A stretch of DNA of 63,316 nucleotides, the filler included, from Sphacelaria rigidula (taxonomy: Eukaryota): the NCBI GenBank assembly GCA_964200075.2. It is 10 parts of 10 records of this genome, joined end to end, with 100 filler letters (N's around TTAATTAATTAA, not from the genome) between each part and the next. Parts side by side here need not be neighbours in the genome. Positions count along the whole stretch, not along the records: positions 1 to 6,242 come from CAXNAA020021278.1; positions 6,343 to 12,584 come from CAXNAA020021279.1; positions 12,685 to 18,926 come from CAXNAA020021280.1; 7 more parts are not named here. One strand, 5' to 3'. Made by a program: the position numbers and the translations under genes. Below are positions 1-13,763 of the stretch, piece after piece (the stretch's first letter is position 1; every line of letters begins with the position of its first letter). Below the pieces are notes generated by a model. It was not told the DNA's origin. It was given only the letters and a program-made list of their open reading frames with translations, and ran no database searches.

Positions 1-66
1 GTTGCTTTATTTTGTGATATCGCCACTTCCAGAGACAGCCACGGCTTATGCACTGCCTCATGGGTG
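1..66 (-). mobile_element. Internal fragment of the poly(C)-tailed SINE-like element, cut by the contig edge
   Basis: GTTGCTTTATTTTGTG..CCACTTCCAGAGACAGCCACGGCTTAT..CACTGCCTCATGGGTG matches copies at 38053, 41330-41426, 25160-25268 and 31500-31606. It is followed by a G-rich tract. Confidence 0.85.
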
Positions 67-2359
67 CGTTAGGGGGCGAGGAAATATACACATGCACGTC
101 CAAGGTGATGCTTGCGCCGAGAATTGATGTATTACGACCAGAGAGCTGCGAGCTGGACCTCTTAATGCCGTCGTTACACTGGAACTGGGAGTAAACTGGA
201 ACTGGTGACGAGGACGCTAGTTAAGCCGGTAAATTCACGTTTTGTTGCTATCGGCTGTACGTGGACCAGGTTTGGTACGGTGATCTCATACAGTGGGCGG
301 CCGGTTTTAAGAAGAAATCTGGTAAGAATAAATGGCTCGAATTATCATAAATTGAAGGAAATTGGACATAAATAAAAAAGCTCAAGCTACGAGGCAACAT
401 GATGAAAAACAGTGCCATAAGAAACAGCCGCGATCGACGCCCACCCAATATTATAAAGGGGTCCGTCTCGGAGGGGGGTACATGGTAATAAATGACAAAA
501 GTTTCAACCTTCCAGCAGTGTTACGGCCCAGAGCACGTATGTTACTCTGTCCTATAGTTGACGATTTTTCGGGGAATAATTATTTTATTGATCTCAGTAC
601 ACATGCACCAAGTAAATGTCACTACAGTACCCAGTTGCGGAAACATACGATACAGTACGGTAGTGGTGTGGTGGTGCTGTACTCTTCGGCTGCGGCTGAC
701 CTGTACAACCTAAACGTGAGATGTGGACTCGCGATATGTAAAAAAATAAAAAACAAGAAGCTCTGAAAATTGACGAATTTGAGCCGAGACAAATGAGAAA
801 CATTCATTTGAGAAATTCTGCAGGTGATGCTGGTGAGGACACACACAGTAAGACTTTGAGCCCAGACGTCAAATCGACGTTTCTTAACATCGGGCGCCCA
901 CTGTAGCAAGGGTGCTCACACCATTTCGTGTACAACGTTTCTGTACAACTGAAGTCTGCGCTCTCTACGGTCGTACAAGTAGTACACACTTTTCAACTCG
1001 ACACTCCGTCATAGTCCTTGTTTTCCGTCATTCGACCACAGCATGTACGGTAGGTCGACGGCCGGTGAGCCGAATGAGAAAAAATAAAGGTAGAACAAAA
1101 AAGCCCGGGTTATGTCATATACGGTGGAACGCTTGATACGGAACTGCCAAGCGCCGAAGACCATTTGCCAATTGCCAATGGCATGGTGAAACGCTTTCTG
1201 AACATGATGCAGCACACGCCCACCATACCTCGAAGTAATGGAGGAGATATATGCCAAGGTTTGCCTTTCAATTGCACAACGTCCGAAAACAGAAACAACA
1301 AATGATAACTCGCAACCCCAAAAAGCAAACTACGCCATGGCTTACTATTCAACTTCATGCATGCGTGTCTTCGCTCCGGACGTGAAGAATTCCGCGCTGT
1401 TATACTTTGATCCCCATGTCCTGCCAGCCCTGGCTTATTTGTTCCTATCCTCCACTCCTTGTGGGGAGTCTGCACTGCATGAAACAGATCGATGATCATC
1501 CAATGACTCTCCACGTCTGAGGAGATTCTAGTGTCGTCCATAATGGACCTTTTAGCTCCTTCATGTGGGGGCTCATAATCGACAACCATCCCCTTTTTTT
1601 CAAGAGAAAACAAGCCAAACCTCGCAGTTTTTCTTGCCTCCGGCGGCGCTTCCGCGGGCCTGCGTCACCAGCTGGGAAACGCCCCCGATGCCCATCGCTT
1701 CGCCGTCGCAACCGATATTTTTCTAGTAAGTCGGCGTAGCCGATAAACTGACAAATCATCGATCATACCTGGCCGCTGGTGCGGCCACTTCAAACTTGAC
1801 TGACCAGAGCTTCTAGTTCACAGTCCTACATATTACAGTGTCCCCGGAAAGCTGCTTCCGAAACTGAGCCGTTGTACATGACGCATGTCATATAGTGCTT
1901 TACTTCGACTGTACAGTCAGAGACGAAGCTAACACGAAACAAAAGAACTGGGAGACAGCTTTCACACGAGTTCACCTTGTTGAACCGAGACGCTATGACC
2001 GGATGCTGATGACGCGTGGATTGTGCAGCGTTCTGAGACGAATCCGGTCGATGATGTAATCATGCTCTAATTGAAGGATGGCACACAGTACTGTGTCCAT
2101 AACAGTAAACTACTGCAACAAAAAAACAAATTCGAACCTAACGCAAGCCCCGTGATCGTAAATGGATCATCGGAGAACAACACCCTTGCTCTTCCCAGTG
2201 CACAAAGAACAATAACAGCACCGGTTATCAACCGCTGGACCATCACACTTGCCGTTATCACAATCACAAAATCCGTGTTCAGCCAGTAACAAAGCGAGTA
2301 GAAGCGACAAATATCGTCGTTTGTCAGCCGGTAACAAAGCGAAAGTAAGCAAACGTTTT

Positions 2360-2616
2360 GACGATTCGGACGAATCATCGTCGGTTCGAATGACCAAATC
2401 CACGATTTCTCAGGCCTCATTGTTCGAAAGAGAGAAAAAAGTCGACCGCTGGTCGAAAAGTCTCAACGCAATTTTTGCGCCGTTTCACGTGCCTGGACTG
2501 CGCGTACCTGGGTTGCAACGATGAAAACAAAGCCTAAGCATTGAATCGTACGGCACGAATCAACTACACTGAAATCAAGTACTTTCCAGACGAATCATTC
2601 ATTCGCCCGACCCTTA
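2360..2616 (-). mobile_element. MITE family F copy (~255 bp, degenerate)
   Basis: Its reverse complement aligns by eye along its length with 7077-7334 and 46457-46701. Confidence 0.7.
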
Positions 2617-4733
2617 AAAGTTTTCGTCGTTTGTCATTTCGCCACCCCCGGCTTGGACACTGTCACTGCCCACAGGGGACCTCTCCTCGTCGCACGGTGT
2701 GGTGATCTGCACTCCGCCTTCGCCGGCGAGGAGAGCTGGAACGACGATCATGCCCCATCTAGATGAGGTAGCTACTGCCAGTTCCCGTGACATGCCGGAC
2801 TCGGCGGTATTTCAGGCGCCCATCGTGGTGTTGCAGTCCTCCAGGGGCAAGTGTTCACTAGTGAGTGATGCGGTCGAGTGCGCCGTCGTCCCAGCGGGCG
2901 AAAGTACATGAAATCCTCTGTCTCGATGAAGCAGAGACGCAAAATATGATCGCTGTCGGCTCATGGGGGAGTGACTGCGGACGGCCGACGTGGGAAGGCA
3001 AAGCGAGAAGGATCAGCCACGCGGGCGTTAATTAATATATGGGAAGCGGCAAATCTAGGTGTTTATTTTTTAGTTTAATAAACTCGTTCGGAGTGGCGTG
3101 GCACGCGGTGCTTCTCAGGTTATTTGTTTCTTGCGCTCCACGTTGTTTGGCTGCAGATTTTCGTTGCTTCCGACTCCATTATCTGTGGAGCAGCGTGCTC
3201 CGAAAAGAGACCATATGGATCTTTACTGCTGTAGGGTGACGATATGCGATGTTGGCGTCGATGACACACCTTCTGGAGCCCCTGCTGTGATGTGTCGTCC
3301 TCATACGCAGCCTTCGCTGGCAACAACCCGGCATGGATCCATACGCAGCTCACCCCAGCTGATCCGAGGAGTGGAAACCCTTGGTGAATCTGCTAGCTGT
3401 AGGCAGAGAGGGTGACGCGGAAACCACCGGCTCGTCTCAGCCGCTGTCGGGGAAAGGGGGAGAAGTCAGCACCTTCATCCCGATCCACTTCCCTACCGCC
3501 GCTGGTGGAGGGTGAGACGCCGTCCATAGGAATGAACGTGAGGTGGGACGTGAGCATTGTGTGGAGAATGATTATTGGTGAGTATCCCTCTGCCATGTAG
3601 GGCGAGCCCTAGCGTTCCAAAGCGAATCAGATGGCATAGGAAAATTGCGTTCCGATCGATTCCCGCGTCGGGCACAAGTGAGTGTTGCGTGAGGGAGGTA
3701 CGACGGACGTTTTGATCGATGATTGTTATCGATACTATTATAGCACCTACGGTGATCGGCTGCGAATTCATCTGCGTTCACACGTTGAGCGTGCCAAAGG
3801 GAAGAATATCTCGAGAAGAGCAAATAGGACGCTGAACTCGCTCCGATGCCTCGTCTAAAGTCTAGCAAGTGATGTTTAATGTTCGTCTATGCCGCCGCGC
3901 CCCGGTGGTTTAATGATCCGTATAGACCCGAGTGTCACCGTTAGGGCGGAGAGAACGTCGGTCCGATTCCTGTCAGACGCGTTGGCCCTTCTTCTTCGGA
4001 GTATTTGATATCCACCATCGAGAACGTCAGTACGTGAGTGGACCAAAGTAGGTGCCTGAGTTTGTTTGACGAGAGCTGACGCGGTGCGGGAGTGCTGATA
4101 GTCATGACCCAATCCGCGAGACAAAAATGCAAGGCATGTACCGGAGAGAGATGCGTCGATCCGTTCAGGCCATGGGATCGTCCCGGGGAAGGGTAAGGGT
4201 TCAAAGTGTGATGAGAAATATATATATATATATATATCCCGCTACAATACTGCACCGAACATGTATCGAAATATGGTCCCGTGCGCTTGAAGAAATCCGC
4301 TACATCTGCACCTTTGTACCACAACACACACACAATTAACTCGTTGCACCCAGGCATACAGCAACATGGATCGTGATACAGCGTCTACCGGCCCAGATGT
4401 AGTGACCAAAGCCACGGCCGGCGAGACCAACAACACCGCCTTCGCCACACCGGCTGTTCAATCTAATCCCGAGGATGTGTGCCCAGCATGGGACTCTCTG
4501 TGGCATATGGTCCGTTCAAGCGTAGTATGTTTCAAGGGGTGGCGGGACGACGGGTGTCTCCTCGTGAATTCCGATAGGGAATAAGCGACCTCGCCCCCAA
4601 AACTCTCGGTAACGATCATGCGTAATTTTTTCGTCAACGGGCAATAACTATATATTTTCAACAAACCTGACCAGAGCATCATGAGCACCTCTGTTGGAGA
4701 AGTACGATCAGCAGCACCCCATAACGGACTTAA

Positions 4734-4850
4734 CCCTTTTGGTACCCATTGACGATTCTTGTTTTTGTGAATCGGCATCATTTTCAGTCATTTTCAAGTC
4801 AAAATGATGCCGATTCACGAAACAAAAATCGTCAGTGGGTTCCAAAAGGG
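4734..4850. mobile_element. piggyBac-type MITE / fold-back (117 bp)
   Basis: TTAA|CCCTTTTGG...CCAAAAGGG|TTAG, with ~50-bp inverted arms (GAATCGGCATCATTTT / AAAATGATGCCGATTC). A similar TTAACCCTTTTGG terminus lies near 57548. Confidence 0.75.
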
Positions 4851-5159
4851 TTAGCCTATTGGCGCAGCGGAAGTACACACACATGGCGATTAGTTTCCCA
4901 CTCATCAAGATTGCTTCGACTGAACGTCGGAATTTGAAAATATCAGATGATTAAGCCTTCGCCCAAACGTGGTGATCCGTCACGTTGCATATACCCCAAG
5001 TCACCAATTTGATTTTCCTTGAAAGTAGTGCGTAGAAGCAGGGGTTTGGTGGCAGGGGGGTTCCTTCGATGGTTGATACCATCACTGCGGCGACATGAAT
5101 ACGATGGATTCCAAGATGAGTCACATTTGACACGCCGACCTCCAATGACAATGTTTTTG

Positions 5160-5415
5160 TGGTATTGAGAGTGAAAAACGTTCAACAAGTGAATGAATCG
5201 CTTCAGTTCCGAAATGCCCCTCCACGAGGCCCGATATGCCTTCTGTAGTAGCTTGCCATTGAGGCCCTTGATATCCCTGAGCAGGATATCGACGTGTAGC
5301 TGTGAGCACACGCTAGCGATACGGGCAAAAAAAAGCATACACGGAATGAAAAAATGGCTGAGTCAAGCGAATGCCCAAAGTCACTGTCAATCAGCGCTCT
5401 ACTCTCAATCTCACG
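5160..5415 (-). repeat. Dispersed repeat; second copy at ~45075-45312 (+)
   Basis: Both copies contain GCTCACAGCTACACG.CGATATCCT.CTCAGGGATAT.AAGGGCCTCA.TG.CAAGCTACTACAGAA.GCATAT. Confidence 0.75.
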
Positions 5416-6242
5416 GAAACGTCGTTCAATGCACGTTCTTGCATGTCGACACGGTAGCCGTTTTTGACGTTAAACAGCAAAAAAAGGGAGCTCTACTATA
5501 GACAAACACGTCAATATTATGCCTTTTTCGCGACCCTTTCTGATCACACACCTGTCTCGTTGATGGGCAGACTCGAGGCACTTCTGGTGAGGTTTGGTCG
5601 TTCTTGCATGTTGATGGCCTATCGCGTTCGAGCAGCCTGTTCTATGGTCACACCCAACATTTGTGAGTAAGGGTGGAGCGTCACTCTGTTTTCGGCGACT
5701 GTTCGACCGACGACGGCCAAACAATGAGCGTTACTTGCTGCCACTTTGACCGCGTGGTCGCTGATACGGCTCCAGAATCTTTCGTTGATGCAGAGCTGAT
5801 GCGCAATATCCACACCAATCCTTACAGCCATACAATGATTTTCAGCTTAACTACGAGTAGGGGATTTTTGTCATTTTTTTGCGGTCGGCGACTTTCGATA
5901 GTTTTTTCGCGTGCCACCGCTCGTCCCAGTGAACGCTTGATCCCGAAGTTTTGGGGAATCGGGAGATACTAGGCATCCGCTCCACATTCCGCAGCAAAAA
6001 GCGTCTCTGTGCTCAGTATTGCAGGACTTACGAGCTGGATTGACAGGGGTGTTATTGACCGTTTTTGGTCCAAACATTTCGTTGCGGCTTTAACGCAATG
6101 AATAGATACAAGCACAAATAAGGGCCTGTGAAATTATCCACGAGAACGATCGGAATTGGTTCCCACCACCCCAACGAACCCGCGAGAGATGGCCAAACCG
6201 CCGCCCCACGCCGACAAAAAGACAGCACCCGCACCCCACACC

Positions 6243-6342
6243 NNNNNNNNNNNNNNNNNNNNNNNNNNNNNNNNNNNNNNNNNNNNTTAATTAATTAANN
6301 NNNNNNNNNNNNNNNNNNNNNNNNNNNNNNNNNNNNNNNNNN
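6243..6342. other. Artificial assembly linker (N44-TTAATTAATTAA-N44); the same linker occurs at 12585-12684, 18927-19026, 25269-25368, 31611-31710, 37953-38052, 44294-44393, 50635-50734 and 56976-57075
   Basis: An identical 100-bp N-flanked spacer with stops in all six frames recurs every 6341-6342 bp. The contigs between linkers are 6242 bp then 6241 bp, consistent with size-sorted concatenation. Confidence 0.97.
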
Positions 6343-6404
6343 AAACCTCCTACAATGTCCCCTAGCTCGACTCTGTACACGAGTCACCCTACCCATCCGG
6401 GCGT

Positions 6405-6627
6405 CGGTGTTCAAGTGCTCGTCACGTCGCATTGTGTGCAAGGAGTGCAGATAGTCCTGCCCCATCTGTGCTGCACCTTGCCAGCTTCGTTTCGAATCGC
6501 GTACACGCTCATGGACACTGCAGGTAGTACAAACTATGCGGTATTCAAGTCCTCGTCACGTCGCATTGTGTGCAAGGAGTGCAGATAGTCCTGCCCCATC
6601 TGTGCTGCACGTTGCCAGCTTCGTTTC
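6405..6627 (+). repeat. Local direct duplication of ~88 bp
   Basis: TTCAAGT.CTCGTCACGTCGCATTGTGTGCAAGGAGTGCAGATAGTCCTGCCCCATCTGTGCTGCAC.TTGCCAGCTTCGTTTC occurs twice, ~134 bp apart. Confidence 0.85.
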
Positions 6628-7076
6628 CATATCCTACTGTGCGAAACACGCGCACACACGCAGACACACTGTTTGCAGACAGTGCTATGCTGTCTGTACT
6701 GTCTGCACTGCAGGCAAGCGAACAAGTTCCGCTTCACGAATTTCACCGTCTTGGACCCACCTCGCGAAAAACGAATGAATTTGCTCGAATCAGTTCCCCC
6801 ACACATCATGATCATGAGTACACACATTTTTTTCGATCGAAAATAAAACGTGCTGGGACACGCGCTAAGATGCTACTTTTCAAAGCGCCGTCGTACCTTC
6901 GATTCAAACCATCACTGCTTCCCTTCGCATGAGTTCTTGAACGGGGACGTGAGTCAGGATCCTGGAAGAATCCATGAAACCTTGACGGTGGCGCCTGGAA
7001 GAAGCCCAACGTAATTTCTGATGCGATCTCCCCCAGAAACGGCACTGATGTCTTACCTCCATGTATGCTGGCTTTT

Positions 7077-7334
7077 CAAGGGTCGGACAAATAACGATTC
7101 GTCTGAAAATTACTTGCCTTCAGATGTAATTGACTCGTACCGTACGGATCAATCCTTGGGCGTTCTTTTCGGCGTTGCGCCTCAGGTATGCGCACCCCAG
7201 GCACGTGAAATAGCTCAAAAGTTACGTAGAGACCTCCTTGTAACGAGCGCAACATTATTCTTCATTTCGAGCAACCAGGCCTCAGAAACCGTAGATTTGG
7301 TTGACCAGGAAAGCAATGATTCGTCCGACCCTTG
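7077..7334 (+). mobile_element. MITE family F (TIR CAAGGGTCGGAC), nested inside an older inverted repeat (~6640-6750 / ~7470-7562)
   Basis: Termini CAAGGGTCGGAC and GTCCGACCCTTG; three copies in the window. Confidence 0.8.
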
Positions 7335-9066
7335 AAACTTTCGTTTCAGACCGTGTCCTACGAAATGTTCCTCGACTCGGACGAATTCGTGGGGCGGAGT
7401 CGATTTAGTGCATTTTGCTGTGTTTAACTCCGAGCGAATTTGCACGCTTCCGATCGAAAAAGCTTTCAAACGAAATTCGTGGAGCGATGCCTGTTCATTT
7501 GCATTTAATACAGACTGTACACTGCTTTCTGTACTGATGTCTGCACAGAGTGTGTGTTTCGTACGATAGGATGTGAAGAAGGGGGCAACGTGCGGGTCAG
7601 ACAGCACAGGACTGTCCATACTCTCTTCATACTGTGGTCTCAATGAGCGTGTTCCCAAGTCGGTCGTCCACCCCACAACGCAATTCCGTCGATGATCCCC
7701 ATCACGAAAGAAGACGCTCGAGTTTCGCCCGCAAAAATTAAACACACCATACCCAACTACTGCAGTGTATCTATCCCTGTGCTCCACTTGCGCTGTATGC
7801 TGCTGGGTTGCGGTGGTAGCTGAGAGTGAGTTCTGTGGGGTTTGCATGGTTCTGTGAACGGGTGGCATCTGGCGTGGTGGTCTGCAAGATAGGAGTCGAG
7901 TGCCCCTTCATACCTTTCTCCCGCGTGTTTTTGATCGGAAAAGCCAAGCTCTTCTGTTTCTCACCGTGCCCGTCGCGCGCAAATAATTATAAAAAGGAAT
8001 TGAAACCATCTGAGAACATAAATGCCGTGGAGGTATCAGTTACGAGCTAAGTACGACGAATTCGATTCGACCGCACGTTTCGAGTCGAAAAAAATGAATG
8101 CACGACCTCAGACGTTTCTGACCTCGCTCCAGTTGTATGCGCTAGAGCTATTTATTGTTCAGAAGGGTTTTTTCTCGCGACTACTCTTCGATGGAACTCG
8201 AAAATGCTGGCGTCGGTAGATTTTGGTAAAATGCACAGATTGGCCCCCCCCCCCCCCCCACCGAGTGTCCAAGTTAGTGTTACTTGGTCTTTTCGGGTGA
8301 TACGAGTAGATACCCAGTTCATCATGAGGGTGTTTTTGACCGTGAAACTCAGTTATTCGGCTTAGTCCAATGAGTAGGTAAAAATTAAAAAATATATACA
8401 TAGTTATATGTGACATCTTTACGGCGCACGAGAGCGCAGTATAGTTTGTAAGGAGGAGTACCGCGATTTATGCTGGAATGAGTGTGCGATTTCCTCCGCG
8501 CCCGCCCCGGGGATGACTGTACGGGCCAATGCCAATGCTAAGGGTCCGGTTCGCAAATTCATTGACCGCGAGGGTAGCCTATCTGGATCATACATACTTT
8601 TTTCGAGTGAAAATTGATAGCGATTAAGCCGCTGACCTACCCTCGCGGTCAAACGGTCAACAGATACGCACTCACGATGTGATGCAGTCCCCTACTGAGC
8701 GCGCGGAAATTCCTCATGCCTGCTAAGTGTCCAATACGGATTCGTGGCGCGGTAGTACCCGTTCGCTCCCTGAACCGCTGGCTTCATCATTCCAATGTGC
8801 GCTCATCCCAGGACAAACTCTACAGATGAACCCCTTCCGCACGTCCCCCAATTCAAGTTCAAATTTATTTCATCACAACGCGTCTGTCAGGTAGTGTTTT
8901 AACGAAACAAGGAAAATGATAATCATTTCGCGATAATGATAGTGAAGTGACGGTTCACAACTTCACTATCACGAGAAACCACACACGGTTTTTATCGAAT
9001 ATGCTAGGGTGGGAAACGAGTGATACAGAACTGGTAAAACAGCATGCGAATAAACCAGCGACTTCA

Positions 9067-10512
9067 AGGAGGGCGACAATCACGCGCAAGGGGGTATGGG
9101 TATTGTCGCAGGTCAAAACGCGGACCGCCTTCCGCACGAGAAGAAGGAACAGCAGCAGTATCAGCAGCATCGTTATTGCCAGTACATGTACGCGGCTGGG
9201 GGTGGGTCTAAATCAGCCGGTGCCGATACTGCTGCTGCCGTTCTTACTCACATGAGACAAACGGTCCGCGTTTCGATCGTGTTACAACCCCCACGCACCT
9301 CGCACGTGATATCCACGGTGCTGGAAAGCGCTGGTCCGTACTACCCGTCGATAGGTCTATGCTTGCTCTCTAGGCTACGTGTTGGGATATGAAGCTGTGC
9401 GCATCTCTGTGTGCGAGCTGTGCACGTCGGGTATGTCTCGCACGCGTGGCTGCTGCTGCTGATGGGAATGAAGCCAGCGTCCAATACAGGGGAAAACAAG
9501 TGATACGTACTCGTACTGAACATGCTACTACTGTCTGTATGGGGGTAACAACAGATCGTAGTCTACTTTGAATAATACTGTACTTGTACGAGGGGGCAAT
9601 AACGCGCCAGGTCATGAATAGTGCCGCACGTCGAAACGCGGACCGCCTCCCGCACGAGAAGCAGCAGCAGTAGTAGCAGCAGTAGCAGTATCTTTGTTGC
9701 CAGTAAATGTGTACGGCCAGGGGTGGGTCTTAATCAGCCGGTGCCGATACTGCTGCTGCTGCTGCTGCCGCCATTTTTCCTCATGCGAGAGACAGTGCGC
9801 GTTTCCATCGTGCTACAACGCCCACACACCTGGCGCGTGATAGCTACCATGCCGGAAAGCGCTGGTCCGTACTGCCCGCTGATAAGTCAATGCTCTTTCA
9901 CCAGGCTAAGTGCTAGAAGATTCAGCTGTGTGCATCTCTCTGTGCAAGCTGTAAACATCGGGTGTGTCTCGCACGCGTGGCTACTACTGGTGACGGCCTT
10001 GGAAGAATATAGCCAGCGTCCAATACAGGGGAAAACAAGTGAAATGTACTTGTACTGAAATGCTACGACAATATACTGATATAATATAAGGGTAACTACA
10101 CGCCAACAGATCATAATCGATTTCATGTGGGGAGGCGGAAATAACGCGCCAGGTGGATGAGTATCGTCGCATGCCGAGACGCGGACCACCTTCCGCACGA
10201 GAAGCAGTAGCAGCAGCAGCATCTTTATTGCCAGTATATGTGTGCGGTTGGGGGTGGTTTTGAATCAGCTGGTACCGATGCTGCTGCTGCTGCTGCTGCT
10301 CTTCATCGTAGACGGTCCGCGTTTCGACCGTGCGACAACACCCACGCACCTTGCGAGTGATGGCCACTGTGCTGGACAGCGCTGGTACGTACTACCCACC
10401 GATAGGTCCATGCTTGCTTACTCGGCAAGGTTCTGGGAAAAATAGCTGTGCGCATCTCTCTGGGGGAGCTGTGCACGTGGAGTGTATCCGTCTCCCACGA
10501 GTGGCTACTGCT
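9067..10512. repeat. Tandem array of ~2.7 units of ~520-540 bp, each containing a ~240-nt hairpin
   Basis: Units start at ~9067, ~9590 and ~10129. Each has ACGCGGACC..CGCACGAGAAG..CAGCAGCAGTATC paired with GATACTGCTGCTG..GGTCCGCGTTTCG. Confidence 0.85.
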
Positions 10513-12463
10513 CGTGACCGGATCCCAACTGTCTGTCCCATGAAGACCTCAACAGCCTTCTTCCAACCATGTCATGTTCCTCCTCGCAGTCTCACGCGAA
10601 TGTCCCTCCGCTCTGACGAAAATTAATTCTCGTTGTAAACACTCAGATCAAGTTGTCTCAACCATGAGTAGTTGTAGGATAACACCTGTCGACTCTACAG
10701 TCGGATTCGGTCGACATGATACTTGTGAGGACAGGAATATATATTATACATCAACGGCAACGCTCAACGCGTGAAATAAAAACAGTTGCCATACGGCTGG
10801 TTGCAAACATGTACGGTGATTTTCGCTTATTCGACTCAGTTGCTACTCGAACAAAAACACTTTCAACTCGTGCGTTGATTCGTGCCATGGGGCAATAGAA
10901 ACAAACGTACCTTGATGCGTCGAATCTTCTTGGTTCACCTGAGTTTGGCAGCAGGCAACGTTCAGAGCTCCACAGCACACGCCCGACAGTGTGGTCTATG
11001 GTACGGTACTGGTCGGGGCATTGGTGCCGGTTGGGACCCCCCGAGTACTCGTGGCACAGCAACAGACAGTGAGGTACTGTACCAACATGATTGCATTTTA
11101 TTATAGTACAGAGAACAGTAAGTACACCGAGGACGAAAACTATTGACGCAGGTCCGCCGCTTCATGCGGTCCGAACCAGTCGACGGGCTCGTGCATTTCC
11201 TCTCCTTGCTCCTCTACAGCTGTTGGACTCAAATCGCAACATCGGCTGCCCCCTCTTCGTGCATCGCGTGACCCCACTTCCTATAACCAGGTGTACAGCA
11301 TTGTTACACCACTGACAACAGTCGGCAGTTAAGGAGGACACAGCGAGTAACAGTGCAGAAAGTAATCGTGTCCTTCTCGTGCTGGCCCATCTACAAGTAC
11401 GAACATTACTGAATCGAGAAACTTGACTTACATGATTCCCCAACTCGTGTGTGCGTATAGTAAGAGGGCTACATTTTATTTTGGTTCATATTCTGTTGCT
11501 CACGGATGTGCGTATCGTGCGCCGCATCGTAGTCGTAATCCCAACACGCCTTGTTGGGTGCCAACGATGTTGCGTTTCGCACCTACCTCATGTATCAGCA
11601 GTGCCAAAACACCTGGCCCAAGCCCTTCTTCGAAGCCTGCTCGTTGATGACAATGTTACGTACGGCAGTGTCACGTATTTACAGGGTCGGGGTTTTGTGG
11701 AGGAAGAACTAATTTGTTGTTCCTTCTTTCACGGTTTCACGTCTGGACCTGTCATTGACATCATTCTGTAAAAAAAAAATGGAACCGCCCCGTGGATGGT
11801 GCCCCTTGTAAAAAAGCTATATGATATTCTAGAAAGAAGAGAAACCATCACATACTACCCCGACCTACCGAGCAGCCGCACGGCTGCATAGTTGTCAACC
11901 CAGCAGCAACTTTGTTGCGGGAAAGACGTGTGAAATATATGTTGACGTATTTATGGATGAATAGAACAACAAGCAGAAACAGATTCAGAAATCGATCGCG
12001 CGGGTAGGCCCTGCGCCCCCACATGTATCCCAAAAAGTGTGTACATGCAGTGATGCTGGCGTCCAGAATAGATGGGACTTGGCAACACACTACGCACGCG
12101 CGCGCCCTGCCCTGGTGGCATACGAGTGTACGTGTTATTTCCGCAGCCAAGGGTCTGAAAATGATCAAATTATCACGTATTTCTTGATTTTTTCGTTAAT
12201 ATTATTAGTCAAGAAATTTATCAGGAGACACTTGCAAAACCCGAAAAGTGTGGTGGGCTTATTTGCAAGGTTCGTACATATAGTATCTAGTATATATTTA
12301 CATGTATCCTTTCGCATTTTTCACAACTTTCGCCGAGTTTTCTCTGGCGGTAAGGCATTTTTCGTCGCGCTTTCTTCTGCACTAATATAATAAGGGCACG
12401 ACCTCTTCGGGGTGGGGGATGCAAATACGAGCGTGCATGTCGCGAACGCCTCCAGGGCCAAAT

Positions 12464-12584
12464 GACACTTTCTACGATAATAGCCCCCCCCCAAAACCAG
12501 CGAAAAGTGTCACGAAAAAAATGACCATGCAGCGCCTGATGTTCGGGTTCAGGATGCATCAAGCGCGTCATGTTGGCGCCATGG
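12464..12584 (+). mobile_element. MITE family D left half, cut by the contig edge
   Basis: Starts with the GACACTTTCTACGATA..CCCCCCC terminus; the body matches 17892-18140. Confidence 0.8.
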
Positions 12585-13362
12585 NNNNNNNNNNNNNNNN
12601 NNNNNNNNNNNNNNNNNNNNNNNNNNNNTTAATTAATTAANNNNNNNNNNNNNNNNNNNNNNNNNNNNNNNNNNNNNNNNNNNNTAACTGCTGCGGACAT
12701 TTGGGGGGAAAGATAGCTTCGCTCGGTCGTAAGTGTTTCGCGTCATCCCTGCAAAAGAGAAATGCCACGTTAACCTCATTTTTGAGATGGACCATTTTCC
12801 AGGATCCACTGTTAATAGTTGAGCTTGTTGCTACAGTGCACCCAAGCTACCTGAGACAGGCCTGTCTTGCTGTATGCAGTGACTGGTAGTGGTTTCAGCA
12901 GCACCAACACAGGTGGTTTGTCCTGTGAATGGCACACAAGTATATCTGTTTTTTCGGAATTCTTCACAGCTCGCGATAAAAACGAAAGCCAAGCACCGCA
13001 GAAGGAAGAAGGTGGAGTACTAGAACAAATAAAAAAGAACAATCTGTCTTGTGTGACCCCGGCTGGTGCTCCCACATATATACCGAAAGGTGTGGACTGG
13101 CATCCAGAGTAAATGGGATGACAAGAAACACACACACATGCGGCACATATTTCAAACTTGCGATGCGGACCTCGAGATGTACCGTGTTATGCTTGTCCCA
13201 TGATGCTAAACGGTAGAATGATTGTGCGATGCTTAATGAATCACGCTGCACGCACGTTGCAAGCGTTTTCACCAAATGGCGGCCGCACACACATTCGGTC
13301 GACGCAGCTCCACCCCACCCTGTTTCACATAAGAAGTGCAATACGATGACCATCCAACCTAC

Positions 13363-13763
13363 CGATCGAGGTTGCCTAGAAGTTGATTATTTTGAACTTG
13401 CAGTATGCGAAGCTGCTCGTCCTTCATCTTGAGGGCCTCGTTTGCGCGAGACTCTCGCGCAGCGCGAAGGTCCGCCACGGTTCTCGTCTTCGTCGACATA
13501 CCTCCGCCACCGGTAGGCAACAGACGATTGTTGGTATCCATGGCATTTCCGCCATTTGCACCTTTCCGCCTGTCGGCATTACCATTAGCCGCAGGTCGGT
13601 GAGATACTGCCGGTGTAGAAGTACTACTTGACAAGCCGAGAACATGTGTCTCATTAAGTTCATGGCTACCGCCGCTTAGCCCGCCTTTGTTATTGTTGTG
13701 CTCCTCGTATACTAGCGGTTGCGTTGTTCCGAAGGGGTCAGGCGGTGATTGCGACATGCTCAT
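13363..13763 (-). CDS. First exon of an uncharacterised coiled-coil protein
   Basis: ATG-started 134-codon frame MSMSQSPPDPFG...RAARESRANEALKMKDEQLRILQVQNNQLLGNLD, ending at a CG|GTAGGT donor; heptad-like C-terminal part. Confidence 0.75.

Noticed and set aside
1110..4030. Coding-like minus-strand stretches in contig 1
   Set aside because: They contain multiple stops, no recognisable domain and no consistent splice chain. They may be a decayed TE, but I cannot support a call.
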